Below, in pieces: positions 53,221 to 63,039 of a stretch of 64,000 nt of DNA; the stretch's first letter is position 1; every line of letters starts with the position of its first letter. The notes under the pieces are model-generated. The model was not told the origin of the DNA and did no database searches. It saw only the letters and a list, made by a program, of their open reading frames with translations. The stretch comes from an uncultured bacterium (lineage in GTDB: Bacteria > Bacteroidota > Bacteroidia > Chitinophagales > UBA10324). The stretch is taken from the NCBI GenBank assembly GCA_963977675.1, contig CAXBPY010000004.1:4833-68832 (forward strand). The letters are read 5' to 3'. The translations under genes were made by a program, and so were the position numbers.

Positions 53221-53601
53221 ATGGCTGACATTAAAGCATTTGCAGAACAACTGGTTGGGTTAACTGTAAAAGAAGTTAACGAACTCGCAAAAGTTCTCAA
53301 GGAAGAATATGGAATTGAACCCGCTGCTGCTGCACCTGTAATGGTTGCAGGCGGAGGCGGTGCTGCCGGCGGCGCTGCTGCTGAAGAAAAAACATCATTT
53401 GATGTTATTCTAAAAAGTGGTGGAGCACAAAAGCTCACTGTTGTTAAGGTGGTAAAAGAATTGACCGGCTTAGGACTTAAAGAAGCAAAAGACCTTGTTG
53501 ATGGAGCACCAAAGCCCGTTAAAGAAGGTGTTTCTAAGGAAGAAGCTGAAACTCTGAAAGCGAAACTTACAGAGGCAGGAGCTGAGGTTGAAGTTAAATA
53601 A
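53221..53601 (+). CDS. rplL: 50S ribosomal protein L7/L12
   Basis: 126 aa; Ala/Gly hinge; C-terminal [31 protein letters not shown]-type domain. Confidence 0.97.
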   Translation: MADIKAFAEQLVGLTVKEVNELAKVLKEEYGIEPAAAAPVMVAGGGGAAGGAAAEEKTSFDVILKSGGAQKLTVVKVVKELTGLGLKEAKDLVDGAPKPVKEGVSKEEAETLKAKLTEAGAEVEVK

Positions 53602-53620
53602 CTTCTCCCGCTAAAGTCAT

Positions 53621-53653
53621 AGTAGGTGTGGTCTTGTGCCATGCCTACTTTTT
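53621..53653 (+). terminator. Stem-loop plus T-run between rplL and rpoB (attenuator/partial terminator)
   Basis: 11-bp stem AGTAGGTGTGG/CCATGCCTACT (two G-U pairs), 7-nt loop, then TTTTT; analogous position to the known E. coli rplL-rpoB attenuator. Confidence 0.65.
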
Positions 53654-53681
53654 CCATTTTTAACAAAGACACTTTTTATTC

Positions 53682-56600
53682 ATGGCATCTACACATTCCG
53701 GAACTAAAGAAAGAATTAATTTCAGCAAACTGAATTTCGGGATTGATTATCCTGACTTTCTTGAAATTCAACTCCGATCGTTCATGGAGTTTTTCCAGTT
53801 GGAAACCACTCCTGAGAACAGAAAACACGAAGGCCTATTTCGTGTGTTTAACGAGAACTTCCCCATTACCGATGCGCGGAATATTTTCGTTCTTGAATTC
53901 CTAGATTACTACATCGATCCACCTCGTTATACTATTGAAGAATGTATTGAACGGGGTTTGACATATGCCCTTCCATTGAAAGCGCGCCTCCGTTTATCAT
54001 GTAATGATCCGGAGCATATTGACTTCCAAACAATCGTTCAGGATGTATTCCTTGGAAATATTCCATATATGACTCCAAAAGGAACCTTTGTTGTAAATGG
54101 TGCTGAGCGTGTGGTAGTAAGTCAGCTTCATCGATCTCCCGGAGTATTTTTCGGCCAGTCGCTGCACCCAAATGGAACAAAGATTTATTCGGCACGCGTT
54201 ATTCCTTTCAAGGGGGCTTGGATGGAATTTGCAACTGACATCAACAATGTCATGTATGCCTATATTGATCGCAAAAAGAAATTCCCGGTAACTACTCTTC
54301 TTCGAGCTATTAACTGGCCTACTGACAGGGAGATACTTGACCTCTTTGAATTAGCCGATGAAACATCTGCTAAAAAAGAAAACCTGAAAAAACATATTGG
54401 ACGCCGTCTGGCAGCCCGTGTCTTAAAGAGTTGGATGGAAGATTTCGTTGATGAGGATACAGGAGAAGTTGTTACAATCGAAAGAAACGAAGTTATCCTT
54501 GAGCGAGATACTCAGTTAACTGAAAAGAATATTGAACAGATTGTAGAAGTAGGAACAGAGAAAGTAATTCTTCAAAAAGAAGTTCCCGGAATCGACTACT
54601 CGATCATCTACAACACATTGAACAAGGACACTTCAAACTCGGAATTGGAAGCTTGTCAATATATCTACCGACAACTACGCGGAACCGATGCTCCTGATGA
54701 TGAAACAGCTCGCGGCATTATTGATAAATTGTTCTTCTCAGATAAGAGATATGACCTCGGTGAAGTAGGCCGTTACAAAATCAACCGAAAACTCGGAAAC
54801 ACATCTGATCTTAATACAAGAATCCTTACTAAGGAAGATATTGTAGGAATTGTTAAATACCTTGTTCAGCTTACAAATGGTAAGGCCGAAATTGATGATA
54901 TTGATCATTTGAGTAACCGCCGTGTTCGCACGGTAGGCGAGCAGTTGTATGCTCAGTTTGGTGTTGGTCTCGCTCGTATGGCTCGAACAATTCGTGAGCG
55001 TATGAATGTTCGTGATAATGAAGTATTCACACCAATTGATCTGATTAATGCAAGAACGCTTGCTTCTGTTATCAATTCTTTCTTTGGAACAAGTCAGTTA
55101 TCACAGTTTCTTGATCAAACAAATCCACTTTCTGAAATCACTCATAAGCGCCGTATCTCAGCACTTGGTCCAGGCGGACTATCAAGAGAGCGCGCAGGAT
55201 TCGAAGTGCGTGATGTGCACTATTCTCACTATGGCCGCCTTTGCACAATTGAAACACCTGAAGGCCCGAACATTGGCTTGATTTCAACTCTTTGTGTTCA
55301 CGCTAAAGTGAATGACAAAGGATTTATTGAAACTCCTTATATGCGTGCAAAGGATGGAAAGATTGACAAGAAAAAAGTTGATTACCTGACCGCTGAGGAA
55401 GAAGATGTTAAAATGATTGCCCAGGCAAATGCTATTGTAAAAGACAATGGTGATTTTGCTGAAGATAAAGTGAAGTGCCGTCAGACAGGAGATTTCCCTG
55501 TTGTAGAACCTGATAAAATTGAATTTATGGATGTAGCTCCAAACCAAATTGTGGGAGTGAGTGCATCCTTAATTCCATTTCTGGAACATGATGATGCTAA
55601 CCGCGCGCTTATGGGTTCAAACATGCAGCGACAGGCGGTTCCACTTCTTAAACCATCTTCTCCAATCGTTGGAACTGGTTTGGAAAAACAAACAGCACTT
55701 GACAGTCGACTATTGATTAATGCAGAAGGAAACGGAGTAGTGGAATATGTTGACTCCAATGAGATTCATGTTCGATACGACAGAACATCAGAACAGCAGC
55801 TTCTTTCTTTTGAAGATGATGTAAAAATTTATTCTCTTCTAAAGTTTAAAAAGACAAATCAAAGCACCTGTATCAATATCAAACCTATTGTTCGCAAAGG
55901 AGATAAAGTTAAGAAAGGAACAGTTCTTTGTGAAGGTTACGCAACTGACCGTGGCGAACTCGCACTTGGACAAAATCTTCAAGTGGCATTCATGCCTTGG
56001 AAAGGTTACAACTTTGAGGACGCTATTGTGATTTCTGAACGAGTTGTGCAGGAAGATATTTTCACCAGTATTCACATTGATGAATATGAAATTGAAGTTC
56101 GCGATACAAAACTCGGAGAAGAAGAACTTACTGCCGATATTCCGAATGTAAGTGAAGAAGCAACTGTAAATCTTGATGAACATGGTATTATCCGTGTTGG
56201 TGCTCATGTTGGAGAGGGAGATATACTGATTGGAAAAATTACGCCAAAGGGAGAATCAGATCCTACCCCTGAAGAAAAACTTCTTCGGGCCATCTTCGGC
56301 GACAAAGCCGGCGATGTGAAGGATGCTTCCCTGAAAGCACCACCGAGTACAGAAGGTGTGGTGATTGATAAAAAACTTTTCTCCCGGGCTAAGAAGGATA
56401 AAAACTCTAAAGCCAAAGAGAAGGGTCTCCTTGAAAAACTTGATAAGGATTTTGAGAAAACAAGCAACGCTTTAAAAGATATTCTGGTTGAAAAACTGAT
56501 GAAACTTTTGAAGGATAAAACTTCAAAAGGTGTTCAGGATGTGTACAAGGAAACTCATATTGCGAAAGGAGTGAAATTCACTTCAAAGAACCTAACTGAC

Positions 56601-57491
56601 ATTGACTACCAGATTATTGATCCTGCTGACTGGACTAACGATGAGGAGACAAACTCGCTTATCAAAGTGATGCTTCACAACTTCATGATTAAGTTCAATG
56701 AAGAGATGGGCCGATACAAGCGTGAGAAATTCAACATCAGCATTGGGGATGAACTTCCTTCAGGTGTATTGAAACTTGCTAAAGTTTATCTTGCAAAGAA
56801 GCGGAAGTTGAAAGTGGGAGATAAAATGGCAGGTCGTCACGGTAATAAGGGTATTGTTGCGAAAATTGTTCGTGTAGAAGATATGCCATTCCTCGAAGAT
56901 GGAACGCCTGTAGATATAGTGCTGAATCCGCTTGGTGTGCCTTCGCGCATGAACTTAGGACAGATTTATGAAACTGTTCTTGGCTGGGCAGGCAAAAAGC
57001 TCGGGATGAAATTCGCGACACCGATTTTTGATGGAGCTACTCTTGATGAAATTGATTCTTATATCAAGAAAGCCGGTCTGCCTGAATATGGACAAACTTA
57101 TCTTTACGATGGAGACACAGGAGAGCGCTTCGATCAAAAAGCTACCGTTGGTGTTATCTATATGCTGAAACTTTCTCATATGGTGGATGATAAGATGCAT
57201 GCGCGTTCTATTGGTCCATACTCATTGATAACTCAGCAGCCACTTGGAGGTAAAGCACAATTCGGAGGTCAGCGTTTCGGTGAAATGGAAGTTTGGGCTC
57301 TGGAAGCTTATGGAGCTGCTAACATTTTGCAGGAATTGCTAACCATTAAGTCAGATGATATTGTGGGCCGTGCTAAGGCTTATGAAGCAATTGTGAAAGG
57401 TGAAAATCCACCTAAACCTACTGTTCCTGAATCATTCAATGTATTGGTTCATGAGTTACGCGGACTGACTTTAGACCTTAAGTTCGAATAA
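53682..57491 (+). CDS. rpoB: DNA-directed RNA polymerase subunit beta
   Basis: 1269 aa; full-length, with all conserved beta-subunit blocks (e.g. [54 protein letters not shown]). Confidence 0.98.
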   Translation: MASTHSGTKERINFSKLNFGIDYPDFLEIQLRSFMEFFQLETTPENRKHEGLFRVFNENFPITDARNIFVLEFLDYYIDPPRYTIEECIERGLTYALPLKARLRLSCNDPEHIDFQTIVQDVFLGNIPYMTPKGTFVVNGAERVVVSQLHRSPGVFFGQSLHPNGTKIYSARVIPFKGAWMEFATDINNVMYAYIDRKKKFPVTTLLRAINWPTDREILDLFELADETSAKKENLKKHIGRRLAARVLKSWMEDFVDEDTGEVVTIERNEVILERDTQLTEKNIEQIVEVGTEKVILQKEVPGIDYSIIYNTLNKDTSNSELEACQYIYRQLRGTDAPDDETARGIIDKLFFSDKRYDLGEVGRYKINRKLGNTSDLNTRILTKEDIVGIVKYLVQLTNGKAEIDDIDHLSNRRVRTVGEQLYAQFGVGLARMARTIRERMNVRDNEVFTPIDLINARTLASVINSFFGTSQLSQFLDQTNPLSEITHKRRISALGPGGLSRERAGFEVRDVHYSHYGRLCTIETPEGPNIGLISTLCVHAKVNDKGFIETPYMRAKDGKIDKKKVDYLTAEEEDVKMIAQANAIVKDNGDFAEDKVKCRQTGDFPVVEPDKIEFMDVAPNQIVGVSASLIPFLEHDDANRALMGSNMQRQAVPLLKPSSPIVGTGLEKQTALDSRLLINAEGNGVVEYVDSNEIHVRYDRTSEQQLLSFEDDVKIYSLLKFKKTNQSTCINIKPIVRKGDKVKKGTVLCEGYATDRGELALGQNLQVAFMPWKGYNFEDAIVISERVVQEDIFTSIHIDEYEIEVRDTKLGEEELTADIPNVSEEATVNLDEHGIIRVGAHVGEGDILIGKITPKGESDPTPEEKLLRAIFGDKAGDVKDASLKAPPSTEGVVIDKKLFSRAKKDKNSKAKEKGLLEKLDKDFEKTSNALKDILVEKLMKLLKDKTSKGVQDVYKETHIAKGVKFTSKNLTDIDYQIIDPADWTNDEETNSLIKVMLHNFMIKFNEEMGRYKREKFNISIGDELPSGVLKLAKVYLAKKRKLKVGDKMAGRHGNKGIVAKIVRVEDMPFLEDGTPVDIVLNPLGVPSRMNLGQIYETVLGWAGKKLGMKFATPIFDGATLDEIDSYIKKAGLPEYGQTYLYDGDTGERFDQKATVGVIYMLKLSHMVDDKMHARSIGPYSLITQQPLGGKAQFGGQRFGEMEVWALEAYGAANILQELLTIKSDDIVGRAKAYEAIVKGENPPKPTVPESFNVLVHELRGLTLDLKFE

Positions 57492-57515
57492 TTCACTAAT
57501 GCTATAGTTAATGAA

Positions 57516-57553
57516 AATGGCTCTTCGGTTTTCGGAGAGCCATTTTTGTTTTA
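57516..57553. terminator. Strong bidirectional Rho-independent terminator after rpoB
   Basis: 13-bp stem AAATGGCTCTTCG/CGGAGAGCCATTT (one G-U pair), 5-nt loop, T-run downstream and A-run upstream; between convergent genes. Confidence 0.85.
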
Positions 57554-57569
57554 TGGATATTTCAATCAG

Positions 57570-58430
57570 CTATTTTTTTTGTAAAGTATTATAAAAATCA
57601 AGTGCAAGTTCTTTTGTCATTTCATTTGAGAATTGTTTTCCATTTAGTGCCTCAACTTTTCTAATTCCTTTTGAAATATTAGTCAGGAATATTTCATCAG
57701 CATTCAGCAATTCATTTTCTGAAATGGATTTTTCTGTAATGGAAATATTCTGAGCATGGCAAAATGCAATCAGGTTTTTTCTGGTAATCCCTCTCACAGC
57801 GCCATCGGAGAGAACAGGCGTGAATAGTTTTTTATTCTTCCAGAAAAAAACATTACTGGAAGTAGCATCACAAATATTCCCGGCAGCATTAACAATGAGT
57901 GCATCATCGAGGTTATTTTTTTTCTTCCATAATGAACCCATCACATATACCAGAGAGTTCGAAGTCTTAAATGACATCGATGGGTTCAATTCTTTTTTCC
58001 ATTCTGAAAAGATGCCAACGGAAATTCCTTTTTCATTCCAGATAAAACCATCAGCAGGCGCTGGTAGCAATTCGATCAGAAATTCAATTTCATTAGTTGT
58101 CGGTTCATATAGTCCTTCGCCTGAACGGAACACCTGAATTCGAATGAGCACATCATTTAAAATTTTATTCGCTCTTAATAATTCAGTAATCAAGGTGAAG
58201 AAATATGCGGAAGAAAAATTTTCAGGAATTGAAAGCTGAAGCGCATGCATTCCATCGAATAATCTTTCCATATGATTTTCGAAGAAAAGAATTTCTCCGC
58301 TCATCAATCTCATTCCTTCAAACAGCCCATCTCCATATCGAAATGCCCGGTTTGTAGAGGGAAAGTACTTTCCTCCGGCAGGAAAAATTTTCCCATTAAG
58401 ATTCAGGAATGAAAATTCACTCACTTGCAA
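57570..58430 (-). CDS. Class IV aminotransferase (aminodeoxychorismate lyase / branched-chain aminotransferase-like)
   Basis: 286 aa; FRYGDGLFEGMR motif; its start overlaps the TPR gene end by 10 nt. Confidence 0.82.
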   Translation of the reverse strand: MQVSEFSFLNLNGKIFPAGGKYFPSTNRAFRYGDGLFEGMRLMSGEILFFENHMERLFDGMHALQLSIPENFSSAYFFTLITELLRANKILNDVLIRIQVFRSGEGLYEPTTNEIEFLIELLPAPADGFIWNEKGISVGIFSEWKKELNPSMSFKTSNSLVYVMGSLWKKKNNLDDALIVNAAGNICDATSSNVFFWKNKKLFTPVLSDGAVRGITRKNLIAFCHAQNISITEKSISENELLNADEIFLTNISKGIRKVEALNGKQFSNEMTKELALDFYNTLQKK

Positions 58431-59710
58431 TAAGTCTTAATATCTGTATAGGCATCTACGCTGCCAAGTTCGCCTGCCTTGCTCAAATCAAGACAACCGC
58501 TATCGGTTTCTCCTTTACCAATTTCAGCTAATCCTTTCAGATGAAAGGCAAGAGCATATTCAGGTTTCATTTTGATAACTATATCATAATTAGCAATTGC
58601 CTCGTCATATTTTTTAATCTCTGTATTGGCTAGCCCGCGAGTGATGTAGCAGTCAATCAACTTTTGAAAATACACCATGTTCTTTTCTTTCGATGCCTGA
58701 TAAGCTCCATTATACATGTCTATAGCCGATGTGTAATCCTGAATAGCACCACGGTCATCATTCATTTTCGCTTTGTAAAATCCGCGGAAATAAAAGGCCT
58801 CAGCGCTGCTTACTGATTTGTAATTGTCCATCGCCAGAAATTTTGTATAATCCTGAATTGCCTGAATGAACTGACCGTTCTCTCCATTGCAATAAGCCCG
58901 ATAGAAATAACAATATTTTCTGTTTGAAAATGTGGTATCGTTTAGAAGAGAAGAAAATCCGACAGCCGCATCTGCATATCGTTGCTGACGGAAATAAATC
59001 TGTGCCTGTAAATATTTTGAATCCGAGCAATTACTGTTTTCACATTCATCAATAAACATAAAATTATTAATGTCATTCAGTGCAGAAGTATAATCGCTAA
59101 TTGCAAATTCAGCCTGGGCTTTCCAGTAAACGGCCATCTTGCTTTCCTCGGTGCCTGAGAAATTTTCAATTATATAATTGTAAACAAACACTGCACTGTC
59201 ATAATTTTTTTTTCTCAAAAACTCTTTTGCCGAATCCATGAAGATACTCTGTAAAGTTATGAGTGGCGTTCTCATGGAAGAATCTTCGACAGTAAATTCT
59301 TCTCTTTGAATTTTAACTGAATCCATTGAGGAGTCATATTTCTTCTTCTTCTTTTTCTTATTCAAATCTGTTTGAAAAGAAGAATCATTGGTTAAAACAA
59401 TTTGATTCTGAAAAGAAGTATCGCTTAACTCTTGCCGGCGTTTTTTCTTTTTCAATGTGTCTTCTTCATAACTGAAATTGTAAGTGCCGTCTTCCGAATA
59501 TTTTTTGTTTTCTGATTTTACTTCACCTGCATCTTTCTTCTGTTTATCTTCTGTTTGCTTTTCTTTTTTCTTATCATCCACCTTTTTTTCTTGCGAAGTT
59601 TGAGCGTCTATTCGTTCATCAATCTTAGTCATATACTGCTGTGCATGCGAGTTCATGCAAACACATACAAACACCAAAACAGGAAAATATTTTATAGAAA
59701 AAAACCTCAT
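58421..59710 (-). CDS. Tetratricopeptide-repeat protein with Lys/Glu-rich N-terminal region
   Basis: Start at ATG 59710 gives the signal peptide MRFFSIKYFPVLVFVCVCMNSHAQQ and sits 1 nt after the hmgA stop. Multiple TPR units follow (AEAFYFRGFYKAK..., YDEAIANYDIVIKMKP...). Confidence 0.8.
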   Translation of the reverse strand: MRFFSIKYFPVLVFVCVCMNSHAQQYMTKIDERIDAQTSQEKKVDDKKKEKQTEDKQKKDAGEVKSENKKYSEDGTYNFSYEEDTLKKKKRRQELSDTSFQNQIVLTNDSSFQTDLNKKKKKKKYDSSMDSVKIQREEFTVEDSSMRTPLITLQSIFMDSAKEFLRKKNYDSAVFVYNYIIENFSGTEESKMAVYWKAQAEFAISDYTSALNDINNFMFIDECENSNCSDSKYLQAQIYFRQQRYADAAVGFSSLLNDTTFSNRKYCYFYRAYCNGENGQFIQAIQDYTKFLAMDNYKSVSSAEAFYFRGFYKAKMNDDRGAIQDYTSAIDMYNGAYQASKEKNMVYFQKLIDCYITRGLANTEIKKYDEAIANYDIVIKMKPEYALAFHLKGLAEIGKGETDSGCLDLSKAGELGSVDAYTDIKTYCK

Positions 59711-59711
59711 C

Positions 59712-60869
59712 TTATTCCAGCCAGCTCTTGTAATAATCTTTGTCTTCAATTGCCAGAGCCTGCTCAGTTAACTGAAGTGGGTGAAAAGTATCAATCATCA
59801 CAGCAAGTTCTTTCGTTTCTTTTGCTCCAATTGATTTCTCAACTGTTCCCGGATGTGGTCCGTGCGGAATTCCACCCGGATGGAGCGAAAACATTCCTCG
59901 TTCCACATGCTTTCGGCTCATAAAATCACCATCAACATAATAAAGCACTTCATCCGAATCTACATTGCTATGATTATAAGGAGCAGGAATTGAAAGTGGG
60001 TGGTAATCATATAACCGCGGCACAAAAGAACAAATGACAAAATTATGCGCCTCGAAAGTTTGATGAATTGGTGGAGGCATGTGTATGCGGCCAGTTATAG
60101 GTTCGTAGTTATGAATGCTGAAACCAAATGGATAACAATACCCATCCCACCCAACCAAATCAAAAGGATGAAATGCGTAATGATATGGATACATCATTCC
60201 CTGCTTTTTGATGTAAATTAGAAAGTCGCCCTTCTGATCATGTGTTTCAAGTCGTTGCGGAGTTTTGATGTCACGCTCACAATAGGGTGAGTGCTCCAGC
60301 AATTGTCCCACTTCATTTAAATATCTTTTTGGAGAACGAACAGGCGAAAAAGATTCAATCACCAATAAGCGATTGTTTTGATTCTTAAATTCCATTTGAT
60401 AAATCGTTCCGCGAGGTATAACCAGGTAATCGCCATATTCAAAATCAATTGCACCATAATTCGTGTGCAGGGTTCCGTTTCCTTCATGAATAAAAAATAC
60501 TTCGTCAGCATCTGCATTCTTAAAAAAATAATCAGTCATGCTTTTTTGCGGAGCAGCAACAGCAATAGTGCAATCGCTATTACACATCAACACTTTTCTT
60601 GACTGCGGAAACTGTTCTGCCGGAGACACATTAAATCCGAGGAAGCTTCTATTTTGAAGTTGTTTTTGCAATGCAATCTTCGGTGAGACATCAAATGGAG
60701 CATCAACACTTTTAATTACTGTAGGCGGATGATGATGATAAAGCAGGGAATACACACTCGAAAAACCTTCAGTAGAAAACAACTGCTCTGAATAAAGCGA
60801 ACCATCTGGTTTGCGAAATTGTGTGTGTCGTTTTTGGGGAATCTCTCCCATGCGCATGTAATGGGGCAT
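59712..60869 (-). CDS. hmgA: Homogentisate 1,2-dioxygenase
   Basis: Start at ATG 60869 (MPHYMRMGEIPQKRHTQF), 25 nt downstream of a -7 box. Family-wide resemblance, including the HPGGIPHGPHPG segment. The track start at 60935 lies upstream of that promoter. Confidence 0.9.
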   Translation of the reverse strand: MPHYMRMGEIPQKRHTQFRKPDGSLYSEQLFSTEGFSSVYSLLYHHHPPTVIKSVDAPFDVSPKIALQKQLQNRSFLGFNVSPAEQFPQSRKVLMCNSDCTIAVAAPQKSMTDYFFKNADADEVFFIHEGNGTLHTNYGAIDFEYGDYLVIPRGTIYQMEFKNQNNRLLVIESFSPVRSPKRYLNEVGQLLEHSPYCERDIKTPQRLETHDQKGDFLIYIKKQGMMYPYHYAFHPFDLVGWDGYCYPFGFSIHNYEPITGRIHMPPPIHQTFEAHNFVICSFVPRLYDYHPLSIPAPYNHSNVDSDEVLYYVDGDFMSRKHVERGMFSLHPGGIPHGPHPGTVEKSIGAKETKELAVMIDTFHPLQLTEQALAIEDKDYYKSWLE

Positions 60870-60894
60870 TGGTGCTTTCTGATTTGGTCTGCAG

Positions 60895-60902
60895 CAAAAA
60901 TA
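60895..60902 (-). promoter_or_regulatory. Putative -7 box TATTTTTG (minus strand) for hmgA
   Basis: Exact TAnnTTTG on the minus strand. Confidence 0.45.
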
Positions 60903-60986
60903 ATGTGATCCGGCTAAGACAGATATGTATTGCATCGCGCACCTTAATTGTGCTTATTTACATTTACCGCAGAAAAATAATACAGG

Positions 60987-62066
60987 GTGATAATCGAAAT
61001 CAAAGTTCCGGTAGTCGGTGAATCCATAAATGAAGTGACGCTGGCCAAGTGGTTGAAAAAAGATGGTGAATCAGTTGTGCGAGATGAAATGCTGTGCGAA
61101 ATGGAATCAGAGAAGGCAACTTTCGAATTGAATGCAGAACAAAGCGGCAAACTGAAAATCATTGCGCAGGAAAAATCGGTTTTGAAAATTGGTGATGTGG
61201 TTGCATCGATTGATACAGAAAGTGCAGGAGTAGAATCAACTTCTTCTCCCGAAAAAAAATCTTCAACACCAAAACAAGTTGAAGAAAAAAAATCTGAACC
61301 TGAAGTTGAGCAGAAAAATATTTCGGTAGAACCAACCACTAGCCACCAGCCACCAACCACTAAACCCGGAACCCGCCGCGAGGCAATGAGTTCTCTGCGC
61401 AAAACTGTGAGTAAGCATTTAGTTGCAGCAAAAAATCAAACTGCAATGCTCACCACTTTCAATGAAGTGGACATGAGCGCGATTATGGAAATACGAGCGC
61501 AGTCGAAAGAACTCTTTAAAGAGAAGTACGGTGTGGGTTTGGGCTTCATGTCATTTTTTGTAAAAGCGGTATGCAAGGCAATCCAGGAATTTCCTGCAGT
61601 GAATGCAAGCATTGATGGCGACGATATTATTTACCACGACTACTGTGATATTTCCATTGCTGTTTCCACTCCGAAAGGTTTAGTTGTTCCTGTGATTCGC
61701 GATGCAGAAAAACTTTCGATGTCAGGAATAGAAATGAAAGTGGCTGAGCTTGCGAACAAGGGAAGAGAAAACAAACTTTCGATGCAGGAAATGAGTGGAG
61801 GAACATTCACCATTAGCAATGGCGGTGTGTTTGGATCGCTGATGTCAACACCCATCATCAACATTCCGCAAGTTGCAATTCTTGGAATGCATAAAATTCA
61901 GGAGCGACCTGTGGTGGTGAATGGAGAAATTGTAATTCGTCCAATGATGTATCTCGCGCTCTCGTATGATCACCGGATGATTGACGGAAAAGAATCTGTT
62001 TCATTCTTAGTGAAGGTGAAAGAGTATTTGGAAAATCCTTTGCAATTTATGATGAGTGAGATTTGA
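60987..62066 (+). CDS. sucB: Dihydrolipoyllysine-residue succinyltransferase (2-oxoglutarate dehydrogenase E2)
   Basis: 359 aa, GTG start; lipoyl domain ([12 protein letters not shown]), low-complexity linker, catalytic domain ([19 protein letters not shown]). No peripheral subunit-binding domain is recognisable. Confidence 0.9.
   Translation: MIIEIKVPVVGESINEVTLAKWLKKDGESVVRDEMLCEMESEKATFELNAEQSGKLKIIAQEKSVLKIGDVVASIDTESAGVESTSSPEKKSSTPKQVEEKKSEPEVEQKNISVEPTTSHQPPTTKPGTRREAMSSLRKTVSKHLVAAKNQTAMLTTFNEVDMSAIMEIRAQSKELFKEKYGVGLGFMSFFVKAVCKAIQEFPAVNASIDGDDIIYHDYCDISIAVSTPKGLVVPVIRDAEKLSMSGIEMKVAELANKGRENKLSMQEMSGGTFTISNGGVFGSLMSTPIINIPQVAILGMHKIQERPVVVNGEIVIRPMMYLALSYDHRMIDGKESVSFLVKVKEYLENPLQFMMSEI
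61329..61363. repeat. Heptamer array CCAC(C/T)A(A/G) x5 inside the sucB linker coding region
   Basis: GAACCAA CCACTAG CCACCAG CCACCAA CCACTAA, translated as [12 protein letters not shown]; same family as 63012-63039. Confidence 0.85.
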
Positions 62067-62090
62067 CAACTTTTTAAAAGTTGTCAAATC
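62060..62090. terminator. 31-nt perfect palindrome spanning the sucB stop codon
   Basis: GATTTGACAACTTTT-T-AAAAGTTGTCAAATC, all 15 arm positions complementary; no T-run follows. Confidence 0.55.
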
Positions 62091-62099
62091 TGACCCGGG

Positions 62100-62134
62100 A
62101 CTCATCCTTCATCTATCATCCTTCATCCATCCTT
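62100..62134. repeat. Heptamer array nnTCATC x4-5
   Basis: ACTCATC CTTCATC TATCATC CTTCATC CATCCTT, ending at the -7-like box TACTTTCG (62134-62141) before the engB ATG at 62146. Confidence 0.85.
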
Positions 62135-62145
62135 ACTTTCGCGGC

Positions 62146-62820
62146 ATGTTCAAAATAAATTTTGCAGAATACAAAGGCAGCTTCAGTACTTGGGACACTT
62201 GTCCGAAATTCAAAATCCCTGAAGTATCATTTATCGGGAGAAGTAATGTCGGGAAATCATCACTCATCAATATGCTGTGCGGCAGAAAAGATTTGGTGCG
62301 CGTGAGTAACACGCCCGGAAAAACTCAGTCGCTGAATTTTTTCTTAGTGAATGATAAGTATTATATGGTGGATATGCCCGGTTATGGTTTTGCACGCGTG
62401 AGTCAGGAAGAAAGAAAGAAATGGAAACGCATGATTGATAACTATTGTTTGAAGCGCGAGCAACTCGTGAACACATTTGTGCTGGTGGATGCGCGCCACG
62501 AGCCGCAAAAAATTGATATTGATTTTATCAAAACGCTTGGCGGATGGCAAACACCTTTTGCAGTTGTATTTACAAAAGCAGATAAAGTGAAGAGCGAACA
62601 GTTGAAAGCAAACCGCGCGCTCTTCGAAAAATATTTGCTGAGCGATTGGGAAACACTTCCTCCGATTTTCGTAACCTCATCAGAAGACCAAACCGGAAAA
62701 CAAGAATTGCTTGACTATATGGAGAAGTGCTACAACGCTTATGTGATTCCTCCAAAGAAGAAAGATGAGGAGTTGGCGAAGAATAAAAAACCAGCAGGTG
62801 AAAACAACAAGCGTGAATAA
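62146..62820 (+). CDS. engB: Ribosome biogenesis GTP-binding protein YihA/YsxC (EngB)
   Basis: Start at ATG 62146 (MFKINFAEYKG). G1 GRSNVGKSSLIN, G3 DMPGYG, G4 TKADK. The track's 30-codon N-terminal extension merely translates the heptamer array. Lys-rich C-terminal tail. Confidence 0.92.
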   Translation: MFKINFAEYKGSFSTWDTCPKFKIPEVSFIGRSNVGKSSLINMLCGRKDLVRVSNTPGKTQSLNFFLVNDKYYMVDMPGYGFARVSQEERKKWKRMIDNYCLKREQLVNTFVLVDARHEPQKIDIDFIKTLGGWQTPFAVVFTKADKVKSEQLKANRALFEKYLLSDWETLPPIFVTSSEDQTGKQELLDYMEKCYNAYVIPPKKKDEELAKNKKPAGENNKRE

Positions 62821-62832
62821 GAATTTTCATCA

Positions 62833-63003
62833 ATGGAACATCAACCAGAAAATGCAGATGAGAACCAAAAAAGAGTTAGAATCCTTCTTTACATATTGCT
62901 GTTTATTGCTGTAGTTGTAAGTTACTTTTTTGTAACAAGGAAAAATGAACCATATCAAGATTCTCGAAAGACAAATGATACTTTGATTATGGTTTCGCCT
63001 TGA
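62833..63003 (+). CDS. Possible 56-aa single-pass membrane protein (not in supplied track)
   Basis: MEHQPENADENQKRVRILLYILLFIAVVVSYFFVTRKNEPYQDSRKTNDTLIMVSP has an acidic N-terminus, one TM helix and flanking R/K residues. It starts 12 nt after engB. The competing minus-strand ORF 62830-63018 looks non-coding. Confidence 0.45.
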   Translation: MEHQPENADENQKRVRILLYILLFIAVVVSYFFVTRKNEPYQDSRKTNDTLIMVSP

Positions 63004-63011
63004 ACATGTAG

Positions 63012-63039
63012 CTACCAACCACTAACCACCAACCACGAA
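63012..63039. repeat. Heptamer array CTACCAA CCACTAA CCACCAA CCACGAA
   Basis: Same family as the sucB linker array. On the minus strand it supplies the last codons (FVVGG) and the TAG stop of the MBL-fold gene. Confidence 0.85.

Noticed and set aside
53211-53672. 153-aa minus-strand ORF covering rplL
   Set aside because: It is antisense to the unmistakable L7/L12 gene. Its Ala/Pro/Ser-rich translation mirrors the GCT/GCA-rich sense codons.
60944-61402. 152-aa minus-strand ORF overlapping the 5' half of sucB
   Set aside because: It is antisense to a well-supported E2 gene. Its [12 protein letters not shown] segment is just the reverse translation of the CCACCAA heptamer array.
62056-62145. 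30-codon N-terminal extension of engB ([30 protein letters not shown])
   Set aside because: It translates the sucB palindrome and the nnTCATC heptamer array. EngB homologues begin near the MFKINFAEYKG equivalent, and a -7-like box sits just before ATG 62146.
62830-63018. 62-aa minus-strand ORF between engB and the MBL gene
   Set aside because: The Cys/Asn/Ile-rich translation has no structure signature. The plus-strand 56-codon ORF on the same DNA has a clean membrane-protein pattern and operon context.
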